A stretch of DNA of 64,000 nucleotides, taken from Podospora anserina (Eukaryota). Under the pieces are notes generated by a model that ran no database searches, was not told the DNA's origin, and worked only from the letters and a program-made list of their open reading frames with translations. Positions 45,781-59,000 of this stretch are shown piece by piece; the first letter of the stretch is position 1; each line of letters opens with the position of its first letter. A program made the position numbers and the translations under genes. The stretch spans positions 868,001 through 932,000 of the forward strand of contig CM030337.1 in assembly GCA_017654855.1 (NCBI GenBank). Reading direction: 5' to 3'.

Positions 45781-48700
45781 CTAAAAATTGGCCACTCCAT
45801 GAGCAGTCGGTACCTGCGTGAGCAAGTCAAACGCTCCAGTTCCCAAGCCGCCCAATTTACCCACAACCAGTCTCGACGAAGGTGTCATGAGGGGATCCCA
45901 TTCACCGTCCATGACCGCATCCTTGAGGAAGCCGACGGTAGTTTCTATCGCAGACAATATTAGCATCTGACCATAGAAAAGAGGACAGGACGACAAAAAA
46001 CATACCATAACTCATCTTGGTAAAAGGCGAGACATTGCCCGTCAAACCAATGCGGTTGAAAGGACTGAACCCGCCATTCCTGGTCATGTAATCGGCGATC
46101 AAGCTCAAATGGCGCTTGTCGACAGCAATACCGTGAGAGTCGAAAACGCCCGACAGTTCCCTCACAATATTCGCCCTCGCCGCCTCGACACCATAAAACT
46201 CGAGCACCTGGGCAATGTCGTTGGTCTGGAGCTTGTTGGGGTTGATGTAATCAGCATACAGCTGCATAGCCCTCAGGTTGACACCCTCGGTGTGGACCAG
46301 CAGCTCCTTGATCACCTCCTCCCCAGTCGCGGGATCTCTCTTCTTGATAGGCTCAAGGGTCGCATTGCCAATGTGCGCAATCTCCTGGATGACGGCCTTG
46401 TTGACCGCCTCCTGGACGAGGTTGAGCATAAGCAGCTTGGGCATGGAGGCTGGGTATTCGAGTGTGAACTTGACCCACTCGCCGCCGACAGTATCGGCCT
46501 TGAACGATGCTACGTCCTCGTTCTTCTCCTTGACGCGGGAGGCTGCCTCAGCTTCAAGGCTCTTGTCGTCGCGCCGGCGCTCGGGTCGCGGGCTGCCGCC
46601 GTAGGCCTCGTCATCGTCCTCCCCATCATCGGCCTCTTCAGTCTCCCGCTGCAGTTGCCTCTGAATGGCATCGTCGTCGTCATCGTTGGGACCATAAGAA
46701 ACAGCCTCGGACCGGTTGGCTCTCCGCTTGGCACCGCCGGCATCATCCTCGTCGTCGTCATCATCGTCATCGTCACCACCACGAGCCTCCCTGTCGCCCG
46801 AAGAGGTTGCCGCCGCCGTCTCGATAGTGCCAACCTTGACACCGATTTCAGGCGCCGAGGCAGATCCCTTCTGTTTGTCAATCTTCTTGAGCTCCTTCTG
46901 GATGATCTTGCAAAGCAACGGGATGAACTTCTTTTCTACGGTTCCGAGCACATCGGAAATCGAGATGGCGTACATCTTGGAGTATTCCTCACTCTCGAAA
47001 AAGCGCAGTCTGATGTCAAAGGTCTTGGCCACCTTGTGGGCGATGCCAACCCCGACCTTTTCCACCACAGTTGCATCCTTGGTGACGTGCGACAGAGGCA
47101 GGACGCTGATACTCTTGGCGAACCGCTCACCGTCCTGTTCCGAAAGCTCTTCGTTGAGAACAAGTGTCATCGATGGAGTGCTGATGTTGGCAGAGGCCGT
47201 CATGAGAATTTCACGAAGACGAGGCACACCCAGTGTGACGTTCTTTGCACTGTGACCAGCCAAATGGAACGTGTTGAGCGTCAGCTGAGTCGAAGGTTCA
47301 CCGACAGACTGGCCTGCTGTGATACCGACAGCCTCACCGGGCTCAACAAGAGACCTGATATACTTGGCTGCCAGGATCTTTTCGGCGGTCTTGCGGGAGA
47401 TCTGGCCGGCTTTCTCCTTGGATCCCTTCTCCTTGATCAGACCGTGCTTGTTTGTCTTGAGGTAGTCCATCATGTGGTTGAAGAACTTCTCCGAGGTGGC
47501 AAAACCATATCGGGAAGGCTCAAGCTTGGACGTGACGGGGTCTTGTGGGTTGCGGGTGCCAATCGACCTGATGGCCGATTTCATCCGCTTGATGATCTCA
47601 TCCTTGTTCTCAAAGAGTGCTTGAGTGCCGTCCTCGTGGAACCTCAACTGTGGCAGCTCACTGTCCAGATTGCGCAGTACAAACTCGAAATCGTTCAGAT
47701 ACTTTTGCTTGGTGATGTCGACCGAATCCTCACCGTACAAGAACTGCACGACAGACCCATCAGAGTCTCTGACAGAGCTGTCATAAGAGACAGCCAAGCC
47801 TTCCATTCCCTTGACAAGACATCTCTGCAAGTAACCGGATCTCGACGTTTTGACGGCTGTGTCGATCAGACCTTCACGACCGGCCATGTGATGGAAGTAG
47901 TACTCCTGTGGGCGAATACCAGTCAAGAAACGCTGCACAATATAGCCACCAGCCCGTGCATCTGTGTCGAAGGGGCGGAAACTGGGTAGAGTTCGACCTG
48001 AAATCATGACGGGCACACGACGACCTTCTAGTGTCTGCTGTCCCAAGTTGCAACTGATCAGGTTGGCATTGACAGTGGAACCCTTGGCACCGGAGATTGT
48101 CATAGACTGCATGTGGTTGTGGGGGAAAGGCTTCTCGAGACCGGCGGGCAAGCAGACTCTTGTGATCTCGGAAGAGAGCTTGGCGACCCGTTGATTGGTC
48201 AACAACTCGAGGCCTTCCTGCTTCTTGTCGTCTCTCAAAACTTCCTCGAGGCGTTCCAGAAGCAGAGGGTCATCCTTGGTTGGCTTTTGCTCCTCCAAAG
48301 ATACGTACTTGGCCGCAACTTCGAGACCAATATGCTTAGCTTCCTTGATCAACTCCTTGCGGTCCTGTTCGCCCTTTGGTGTCATACGCAGATCATCCAT
48401 TCCGCAAGTGAATGCAACCATGGCGAGATAGCGTGTGAGGAGGCGACCCAGGCAACTCAGCAGCTTAGCCGCGACGCCGGGGCCGTAGACTTCGTGAACA
48501 GCGTGGACAAGGCCGCCATCGCTGGAACCGAGCTGTGACTTGTCCAGAATACCGTGAACGAAAATTCCATCCCGGACCGCGACCTCGCCTTCTTCAGGAG
48601 AATGGTCGCCCCAGCTTCTTGCCTTGATCTTGGTGCCAGACTGCATCCAGAGATCACCACAGTTGGCTGGCTTGATATTCTTCAGAACGGTGTCGATAAC

Positions 48701-51023
48701 CTGCTTTCCAGTCCAGAGTGGTCTTGGCTTGATCATGGCTGGGGGTACTGTCAGGATCTTTTCTCCCGTGATGTGCCCACTTTCGGGGCGGAGACCGGCG
48801 TACACGAGTTGCATGTAGTCGCCCTTGCTGAAGAAAGTGTCCTTGTTGCAGAGAATGACAGAGACTGACAAGTGGTCCTGAATCAAACCGCGCAATGGCG
48901 AGCCGCCTGTTCCACTGACGTACTGGCTGTCTGTGTTGGCAAGCTGGAGAGCCTCGGCACGAGCAATCTCGTTTTGTGGGAAATGCATGTTCATCTCGTC
49001 ACCGTCGAAATCGGCGTTGTACGAGTTACAGTTGGCGTAGTGCATACGTAACGTCTTCTCGCCTGGCAAAACACGGACACGGTGACCCATCATAGATGGC
49101 TTGTGAAGTGTAGGCTGACGGTTCATCAAGACAACATCACCGTTGGTGAGGTGACGGAGTACTTTCTTGCCCCTGAGATTGGCAAAGGAGTTGGTCGATG
49201 GGGCGAGAAGCGTGTTGGCCAGAGCTACTCTTTCCTCCAGAGACTTGTTTCGCAGGTTGACAACCTGGCCATTTTCGTTCTCGATAGCCGCAGCACCGGG
49301 CCACTTTTCGACACCGTTGATCACGGCCTGTTGGAGGTCTTTGAAGTTGAAATGAGTAACAGGTTCTGGGTAAGTAAGCTTCACCGCGAAGACGGGTGGG
49401 ACACCGATCTCGGACGTCTCGATGTTGGGGTCAGGACTGATGACTGATCTAGCGGCAAAGTTGACACGCTTGCCCATCATGTTCTTGCGGAACAGACCCT
49501 CCTTCTTTTCAAGCTTCTGCTTGATACCCTCCTCGTTTCTCTTGCCAGCGTTACCCTGGATCGGGTTCTTGTCGCGATCCATCAAACTGTTGACAGCTTC
49601 CTGAAGCTCAGTCCAGGCTTGGTAAAGGTGGTTCAAATCCCGTGGTCTCCTGCCTTCCTGAACGACGGCTTTCTTCCCGAGGGCAATCTCTCTAGAGATC
49701 TGTCCAACAGCGGAAGACTTTTCAATGATCTTCTTGTAGAGACTGTTTTGCTCGGCTTCGGTGATTTGGTTCTCACCCATCCGAGCCTCTGGGCGCATCC
49801 TGTTTGGAGGAACCATGAGCGTGTGAATGAAGAAGATGTCGGCGGTGATAGGCTTCGAGCGAGAAGCCTTGGTCGGTGGGCGAGTGTTGAAAATCAGCGA
49901 CATGATTTCCCGCTCGGCTTGGAAGAGGAGGTCGAGGCGGCCCTTGACTTCCATCGAGTTGAGGAAGCGCTGGGGGGCTGAGGCTTTCGTTTTCGACTTT
50001 GTCTGGGTTTCGGTTTCGGCATCCTTCATAGCCACATCACCGCCCTCGTCGAGACTATCCCCCTCTCCTTCATCTTCTGGTTCTGGCTCTGATTCCATAT
50101 CAGCAACACCTTCATCCTCACCGTCGGCATCCTTCTTGTTCTTGTTGGTCATGGTCAAGGCGTCGCGGCTTTTCCGCCCAGCCTGAGCCATAGTGGCCTT
50201 GTCCTTGGAACTGAGGCCGCGCTCGAAGATCTTGACATAGCGGTCCTTGCGCAGCGTTGGGCTGATGCCATCGCAGCTCTTGCATCTCTTCTCCTTCACC
50301 AACGTGGCGAAGAGCTCCTTCAACAAGGCTCTCCTCATCTCGGCCGCACCTTCGTGCTTCGCTCGCTTGATATCGCTCGCACTGAGGCGCGTCCTGTGCT
50401 CCTTCAACACTTGGCGAACATAGGCTTCTCTAGCTCTCATGGTGACATCTGTTGTGCTCCCCTCGTCTTCGGCCTCGTCGTCCATGTTGGGGATGTCGGG
50501 GAGCCTCATGCTCTTGAGCTTCTCTCCTCCGAGTTCGCTCTCGGAGATGGCATCGATCAGCTGCGCTTCATGGAGCAAGCCGTACTGAAGAAGCTTGAGC
50601 ATGCAGGCAAAGCGGTGGATCTCGCGGCGGGCCGTTCGAAAGTGATGGCAGTAAATACACATGGAACGAAGGAATCGGAAAGCCTGGTCCATGAATACTG
50701 GGTGGTAACAAGGTACAGCAAGCTCAATATGACCTGGATGACCAGGGCATTGTGCCTGGTTCAGACCGCAGGTGCGGCATCTACACACATGAAACGATTA
50801 GCCAAAGCCGGCGCATTGCAGAACAAGCCGAGGGTGCTTACGGCGCATCGCCCCATGAGCCGAGAGCTGGGTCATAGAGACCGCCTGGAACAGGATTGAG
50901 AAGTGTGTCGAAGGTGACGGGATTCTCAATGCGTTTGACAGAGACTGCGCGGATCTCGTCGGATGTGAGGAATTGGAAGTCGACGCTGTCGAGAGTCGAC
51001 GACACGGGCTGTGAAATGTTCAT
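45781..51023 (-). CDS. RPA190: DNA-directed RNA polymerase I largest subunit
   Basis: Catalytic YNADFDGDEMN, KKEGLFRKNMMGKRVN, CPGHPGHIEL, GLIDTAVKTSRSGYLQR, acidic expander region typical of Pol I. Introns 50781-50841 and 45945-46005. Confidence 0.98.
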
Positions 51024-51516
51024 GTTGGGCGATCTGGCGAAGCACCGCGCTACTCAGATCGCATGATAGACAGAAACCGGAATATTTGGTGATGTAGAGG
51101 CCAGAGACGCGCTGTCGCGAAAGGAGGCAGAAAAACAGCGGCAGCTTCTCTTCGCTATGGCTCTCTCTCTGCACAGGCAATTGGTGGGGAATTGGAGCTG
51201 AGCTCTGAGACGGGAAGAATATTTTTTGGCGGTGGACCGAGGCAGAATAGAGGTGGGGCAGTTTATCCATGCATTGCATGCCCACCGCTTTCATGCCAAG
51301 CCGCTTCTGGCTGCCTGCCGGACACTGATCTCAGGTCGTTGCAGCGCATCAAAGCAAGCTCTCGTCGCGCATCATCTTCCCCAAGATTGTCTGTCATCTT
51401 GCCCAAAGCACACCCAACCGTCCTCAAACCGGTCTTCGCAACGTGTAAACCGAGTCATCCACCGAACCACAGCCAAATTCCTTTGACGACCATCACCCGC
51501 TGCACACTGCGCCGCC

Positions 51517-53001
51517 ATGGACCGCAATCAGCAAATGGGCGGCGGACTTGGTCCCCGTCATGACCCGTCCTCCAGAATCCAGAAAACCGAATCAGCAGCC
51601 GATCGACTTGCCGCCTTGAAGGCACGCGTTGCGAATGCCGTCGGGAGTTCCAAAGCAAAGGGTGGACTTGGACTCAACACCCCTTTACATCCGGCCCTCG
51701 CTGACCTCGGCGCCCCGATCAAACCCGCCGACTCATCTCGATCAGCTCATGGCCAGCGGCCGGTTCCCGACTCCTCAAAGAACTCCAAACCAAAGCCCTT
51801 TGGCATGCCCGGATCTTCCAACGATGGCCCTCGACCAAACCCATATCTCGAGCCAAGCCATGGCCCAACAGGAAAGGCAAGAGAATCGCGACAGCTCATC
51901 TTCAACCAGAAAGGAAAATACATCGCCCAGGCACAAGCCCTCCGACGACAGGCCCAGCTGGAGGAAATGAAGAAGAGAATCGCCGATCAAGCACGCAAGG
52001 CAGGATTAGACGAAGACCGCGACGTGGAGAAGGCATTTGTGGTGGAAGCCCCCCCAGATCTGGAATGGTGGGACGAAGGTCTTATCGACGGCAAGGACTA
52101 CAGCGGCTTCCCAGACTCGCTCAAGATCGACACTCTCGACAGTATCATCACTCTATATATCCAGCATCCCGTTGCAATCGAACCACCGCAAGAGAAGCTG
52201 GCCCACGAGCCCAAGCCAATGTACCTGACGCCAAAGGAACAGGCCAAGCTCCGGAGAAACAGGCGCATGGCTGATCTCAAAGAAAAGCAAACCCTCATGA
52301 AACTCGGTCTCATGGAAGCTCCCCCGCCAAAGGTCAAACAGAAGAATTTGATGCGTGTACTCGGTGACGAGGCTGTTCGTGATCCCACGGCAGTCGAAGC
52401 CCGAGTCAGGAAGGAGATTGCGGCGCGTCTTGACAAGCACTTGGAGGCGAACGAGGAGCGTAAGTTGACAAAGGAGCAGCGGCATGAGAAACTCGCCGCC
52501 AACCAAGCAAAGGACGCAGCCAAGGGCATCCATATCCTGGTTTTCAAGATCAACAGTCTAGCCAACGGACAACACAGGTACAAGATCTCACTGAATGCAC
52601 AACAAAACGGGCTCAACGGAGTCTGTATCATGCATCCGAAATTCAACCTGGTGATTGTAGAGGGAGGCGAGCACAGTATCAACAACTACAAGAAGCTGAT
52701 GACGAGGAGAATTGACTGGACAGAGGCTTTACCGTCGAGGGAAAGGAATGTTCAGGTTGGGGCGTACAACACTGCTACGCAGGCTACGGTGAGGGAGTGG
52801 TTGAAACCAGAGGATGAAAAGGGACAGCTGAAGGACTTGTCGGGGAATAAGTGTGTGTTGCTTTTCGAGGGAGAGACGAAGGCGCAGGCGTTCAAGAAGT
52901 GGGGGAGCAAGGTCTTTGAGACGGATCAGGAGGCGAGGGAGTTTTTGGCGAGGGTGAAGATGGATAGTTTTTGGACGCAGGCGAAGAATACCCCTTCTTA
53001 G
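51517..53001 (+). CDS. PRP3: U4/U6 snRNP protein Prp3
   Basis: PPDLEWWD, YIQHP, MYLTPKEQAKLRR, PPPKVK..NLMRVLG..AVRDPT, NAQQ..LNG, RRIDW; intronless 494 aa; head-to-head with RPA190 (493 bp apart). Confidence 0.95.
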   Translation: MDRNQQMGGGLGPRHDPSSRIQKTESAADRLAALKARVANAVGSSKAKGGLGLNTPLHPALADLGAPIKPADSSRSAHGQRPVPDSSKNSKPKPFGMPGSSNDGPRPNPYLEPSHGPTGKARESRQLIFNQKGKYIAQAQALRRQAQLEEMKKRIADQARKAGLDEDRDVEKAFVVEAPPDLEWWDEGLIDGKDYSGFPDSLKIDTLDSIITLYIQHPVAIEPPQEKLAHEPKPMYLTPKEQAKLRRNRRMADLKEKQTLMKLGLMEAPPPKVKQKNLMRVLGDEAVRDPTAVEARVRKEIAARLDKHLEANEERKLTKEQRHEKLAANQAKDAAKGIHILVFKINSLANGQHRYKISLNAQQNGLNGVCIMHPKFNLVIVEGGEHSINNYKKLMTRRIDWTEALPSRERNVQVGAYNTATQATVREWLKPEDEKGQLKDLSGNKCVLLFEGETKAQAFKKWGSKVFETDQEAREFLARVKMDSFWTQAKNTPS

Positions 53002-56000
53002 GGGAGGTGCAGGAGAGAGGGGTGATTGCGGAGTCAGGCATGTTTATACGTTCTGGTGAGTGTTTTGTTGTAGCTGACCACTGGAAAATGTATCTTCACG
53101 GAGTTCGCTGAGTTTGAGCGGACTAGTAGAATTTCTTGGTGATTCTGACTATGAGAGGATACCAGAGATTCCAGAACAGGCCGAAATGTTTGGTTTTTTA
53201 TGCAAGACGAGTGTTGCTGTTTCAGGCCATCTCACTTCTTGATGAGTTTTTAACTGCGTTGAGGTATTGATGCATTCCGTGTGTCTCTCATGGTGCTAAT
53301 GTGTCTCTTAGGAATTACCGCTTGAGTTTTTGTGAAATTCAAAGCTATCAGATTCCGTGCTGCTTGAAAACTCTTGTCTCTTCTTGTAATCCAGTTCTGT
53401 GCTGTCTGGCGTTGCTGTCCTTTTCACAACTTTCGCTTGCTCGCGATGCTATCCTCAAGCTCAGATGGACTTAAGGCCCAACCCAAACCTGTTTGTCAAC
53501 TGCCAGGACCCCAAAGATGTTACCGAGAGAGGTGGATATGCTTGCCTTCCCGTTTGCTATGGTTGCTTTCTGTACGGGACTGCTTCTAACGAGGAGATCG
53601 TGATTTAGAATAACTTCGAGAAGTGACTTGAAAGGAGATCGGCGACAGCGCCTACTTTCATCGCGCACCAGCGCTCCGATTATGAGGCCATGGGTTGGAC
53701 TGCTCTTTTCCAATGAGGCCTAACATGGGATTGCAACTGGGAAAGGATGAACCATGTCCCCGGCGAAGGGTTATTTACTAGGTACCTAGTTTCCCAGCCC
53801 ATGTTGACGGGATAGACCGCGCAGCATTGCCCCTCGCAATCTACGGGGCATGTAAACAAAGAAAGTCAACAATCCCTTCCCTTAACAGCAACTGAAAAAA
53901 CACCTCTCGACACTACCCTCCAGCCCTTCACCTGCCATATCAAACTGCCATATCAAACTGCCGAGCGAGAGCAGGGTTCTTTTGACACGACATGTCCGTT
54001 CATCACCAACGGTCGCAAGATCTACATGAGCACACATTGTTCATTTGATATCACGCCTTCTATTCTTGGTAATTTGGTTCCCTCATACTATCAATCTGCA
54101 CGTTGTGCTTGCTTACCACAGGTGTTTGTTTGGTGGTCTCATCCCACCATCTAGGCCCTGGCGGTCGGCTGCTCATCGACCAGCCCCTTGATCACCTACC
54201 GTTCCTTTGTATCGCCTCGCTGGCAAACTCGAACCTCAAGTCTGCCTTGTAATGGATGTCAAACAGTGTCTCCGTTTTGTTGCACAAACGTGCATATCAC
54301 AACCTATCTATGAAGCTGGGCGAAGTTGTCATGGTGATACCCACCTTCACAGGAAATGCAGGTCCCCTGGGTCTCATGATGAACTCCGCCCTTTCTGCAC
54401 ATCTGGTCGTCGAGCTTGGTGTCGAAGTTGCAGGTTCCAATGGCAGGTCTGCGGGGGGCAATGGTAAGGGACGTCCCGTGTTTGCTTCAGTTACGCCTCG
54501 AGGAAATCGTGGATATCAACCGGCCCCTTCGTGGATACACAAGCGACGACAGGGGAAAAGATCCTTTTTCGGTTGGCGAGATGTCTCTGCCGTCTCCACG
54601 TCGGCAGTTTTGTTTGCGATTTTGACGACTCGAACAATGCCAGGATATGATAATTGCTTTGAGGTATCAAGATGCGAAACTCTATAGGGCCAGTTTTCCA
54701 CCTTGAGAGCTTACTGTGTGAGATATTCGCCGATCAAGGCTTAACACTCCGGTGGTGCTTACTGCTCAGGAGTTAAGGCAGTGACAAGCCGTTCAGCTCC
54801 CAGGCATCAGCATTAATTTGACAATAGGCTTGGATTGTGTCTGTATCGGAAGCTGCTCTTACCATTGGCTCAGCACTTGCAGGTGTGAATATACCGCCGA
54901 TATACATCCATCCATGTACCACTCGCCTGACATTAGATGCCATCTTCATCACACTGAATTCACACCCTCACCACCAGACTTGATGTTGATATTTTTTATG
55001 TTTCGCTGCGGTGCGTGGGGGTCATTTATATCACAGTATTACAATCAATGACTGACAGCAAGCGCAGTCCATAGCTGAGTAAGCAGCTCGGTCAACACAC
55101 GGTGCAGCATGTCCCGGGACGCCAGGCCCTTCCTCCCCGGTGGCGTCCAGGTGAGGCCCGGATATGTGCGGCAACGAGTCCGGAAATGTAACCCCACCAC
55201 CGCCCTCAACCACTCCCCGACGACATCACACATGATCACTCGACAACTTCAAACACAAGTGTGTGCATAGTGGCTTGCAGGATTCAATTCTCACGGTTCA
55301 GTGTTCCCCGCGAGCCGTAGACTGACTAGTCGGAACCACACTTGAACAACATCTGGTAAGTATTCTCCCCGTCGGGTCGGTCGCCGACCCTAAACTCATT
55401 ACCTTACCCGAAATCCCTTCCCCGACATATCATAAGCGCGGGAGCGGCCCTTCCAAAGGAGTGCAGCATACCTATCGCCGTCCCTGAATCCTTCTATACC
55501 ACCGAAGGCGTACTAGAACACCAACACACCTCGCCGATCTGCATTCTACATTCTGGTTCCTACGCAATACTCCCAAAACGGAAGGTCGTGATCCTTCTTC
55601 CAAAATGCTGAAACACTTCAACTCCATATTTTGAGGTCATAATTAGCATCAATCGGACGAGGTCGAGCCCCCCCCCCCCAAGGGTTGGGTACTCGAGGGG
55701 CGAAGCAAGGCTGCTGCTGGCTGGCTGAGGTGTTGTTTTTAACCCACCACCCGCCTATCTACACCCCCTTAGTTGCTCGTCTAACCGATGAACGATTATA
55801 TCTGCAAGCTGAGGAATGAAACGAGGGGGGAAGGTTGGTTTGCCACACACGCGCGTCTAGATGTCTGAGGAGGGTGGTAAATGGTTAGATTAGACGCAGT
55901 GTTACCTCTTGACAAGATGCGATGGGTTATCTCCTTCTGGGGGAGGGATGGTAGGTTTGTGGAGGACGTTATCTCCTTTGGGGGTTGGGGTGTCTTGTCA

Positions 56001-59000
56001 AGATGTCGTACCACGAGCACGGCTCTATCACCATCAGCTGAAGTTGTTGACCAAGACATGACCAAGAAGCGCCACCGAGTCTTGCTGTGGTAATTGTCAC
56101 CAGTGAAGATATGGCTAACCTCAATGATCACTAGTTGCGAACAAGTAGAATAAGACAGCAGGCAGGATCAACAAGATTGTATTACCAGCAGAAGAAACTC
56201 CGACAGTATCTCCTCACCGCCAATGGGAAGCGTCATTCTTGAACGGTATTACTGCGCACCCAGCAGCCAGGTCCAATGTTTACTTCCACCGAGTTACCCC
56301 ATATCAACACCAACATGAGCATCACACCACAAAGTCCGGCCCACTAACTCGAACCTCACATCAACACCGTCACCTCATCAAGAAGATCCGTTTCAAACCT
56401 GTGTAACCATTAACACGAAGAACACAAGTTCAGCGCGCCTGAATATTGAAGCTAGCTCGTCATCAATTCCAAGCCAACATGCGTCTAACCCTCACGCCCT
56501 CACCCATTCGCCCAGACGACGACTCAAAATCACCAACATCCCCACGACAACAGATTCAATAGTCCCAGAAGCGCCCAAGCGCGCGGTTAACTCAACACTA
56601 GCACCAAATCGTGTAGTTTACACGATGCAAGCTGTTGCTTTTTCCTTGGAGTTTTGGATGTGAAAGAGCGGGGGGAATTAGACGCGATGTACGGCACAGC
56701 AGCACAACACCAACACCAAATATCGCCACCAAAAGCTTGCGGAAACTTCCATATTGGTGATGGGGTGTATCTCCGATGTTCGTCCGTCCGGTTATCAGTC
56801 TGCTGAATTTATTAGGAGAAGAATTAACTTGAATATATTCAAGATGATATCCCCACCACCTGGTAGGTAGGTATGTACCAAGTCGGACTCCGTTCGAATC
56901 CTTCACCTCGGCCGGGGGGTCGGGGGGTCGGGGGTGAGAAGGCCGAGCAAGGTACGCTATCATGCGCGTCTGGAAGAGGGCAAGAAGATGAGAGAGACTA
57001 AGCCCGAGGCTGCCAGCCGGCCGGCATTGAATATCACGAACGACTTGAAGGGGTTTGAAAGGATAGCATGAACCGTATGTCATCCTCCCCAGGCTTCAAC
57101 ACGAATAAAACGAGGAATATAGCGAGCAAGAGAAACCATACCCTACCACCTAGCCCGGAGTAAAGCATGAGCAAAATGGAATCAACTGACCTTCCTTCCC
57201 CTCCCCTGTACAATTGTGATCGCCCGCCCAGACCCTGAACACAATGTGTAACAGCACCACACCACACCACACCGCACACGTGTTTGGTATCAACCCGCGA
57301 GTTCTAGGCACTTGCTCCCAGGGTCTGGGTCATGCTAAACAAGGCTCTCGTTCGCCACCATCTCCTTACTCTCACCGGAACAAGAAGAGACGAACAACCT
57401 GTTCCCTCTCCACAAACCCCCATCACCACCACTGCATGGAAACAAAGAGAGAAAGAACCCACCGACCGCTCCTCCAACAGCGGACCCCCTTTCTCACGCT
57501 GACAATAGCTAGGGGTTGAACACTCTCGCCGTTGACCTGCGTCGGGTCCAATCCCCACCCAGACAGGTGGTAATATCCCTCCCCGCATTCTTTTCTGAGC
57601 CTTAACCTTCTTTCGCCCCCAATTCTCATCCATGTTTCATGGTCTGTTGTTCTCGCCAGGATGTTCCCCATCAAGAACGCGCCTGACGCGTACAGTTTGG
57701 CCCCGTTTCTGTCTGTCTGTCTGTCTTGAATGCACATGTACGGAAGCGGAGAAGGGGGGAAGGTAGTGTGGGGGGTGATGATACCGTCGAGGCTTTCATC
57801 AGATGCAAGGTCTGGTGAGGGTAAGGGGGCAAGGCGTTCATCAACCCCAGACATGCTTGGCCCCCCTGGTTGAATCTCCACGCTCAGTACCTCTTCAGAA
57901 CAGAAGGACAGCAAAGGCGAGGCCGGTGGCGTAGAACGGAAGGAGATGGTCTTGGAATCTTGGGCGATGATTCCAAAAATACGGACTTTGCCTTGAATTC
58001 ACGTGAAGTCTGGGGAAGGCGAGGCCAGGTACACAGGCGAGGGGGATCCTCCCGTCTCTTCTTCTGGCGAGACAGGCTCTCGTTTCTGTTCATTCATGGC
58101 CTGCCGCCAGGAACCAGTCTTTCAACCCCAGAGTGCAAATCGTCGCGCCGTATAACTCTGGCGTTGGCTGCGCCCCGCGGGCCCCGGATTTCGGGCATGC
58201 TCCGAATGGTCTTTTCAGCCAGATAACGTTGACGTTTATTCACCAAACTTGGTCAAATATTAGGACACCAAAAGAAAAGAAATGACAGAAAAGGTACAAA
58301 CCCGGCCGGCAAAGTCACCGCCGCGGAGCCCGCTCCGAACCCACGATGTCGTCAAAACCCATCATGCAGATCCCCGGACCGACCGTTGGTTGGCCAGCTT
58401 CCGCTCGTCACGTTTATGCTTCCCAAAGAGAACCAGATGAATTAGACGCGCAAGACGACGCTAGCGTAGCACCTTGCTTTTTGGCTTGCTTGGGTTGGGT
58501 TGTTGGTTGTTGTTGGTTCGAGTTGCACACTCATACCACCACGCATCAAATCCGTTCATCATCCCATGACGCCGGGGTTCATACTGTTGGTGATGATATG
58601 GATGGGAGGGGTTCGGTCTCGGGGTTGTTCGGTGTCCACATGAAGATGTGGGAAATGCTTGGGTGGGCGCTTCCATTGCCTTGCCTGCCCCCCCTTGACG
58701 TGCATCTAACCCAGACTTCTGGGGTTTCGATGAAAATGCAAGAACCAGACTTTGCGAAAGCGAGAGCGAGGCAGAAAAAAAGAAACTGTCAGAACCTTAT
58801 CACCAGAAGGAGAAAAAGTCGGGACGAGATTGCTTACTGATGATGGGAAATTTGCTGCTGCATGTTGTTCACAGCATGCTGCAGCTGATTCCCTCCCTTC
58901 CTTCTCCCGCCCAGAGCAGCCGGCCAGCTTCAGCTGTCCTCGTGGGAGTTACACAAAGGGACAAAGGCCCCTCCCATTGACAAATAGTATGATCTTCTGC

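Noticed and set aside
46109-47989. 626-aa antisense ORF over RPA190
   Set aside because: Shadow frame of a strongly codon-biased gene.
53932-53962. 13-bp tandem duplication CTGCCATATCAAA
   Set aside because: Only about 2.4 copies; ordinary slippage duplication.
58837-58888. TGATGA...CTGA box C/D snoRNA candidate
   Set aside because: Only about 50 nt between the boxes and no rRNA-complementary guide that I could recognise.
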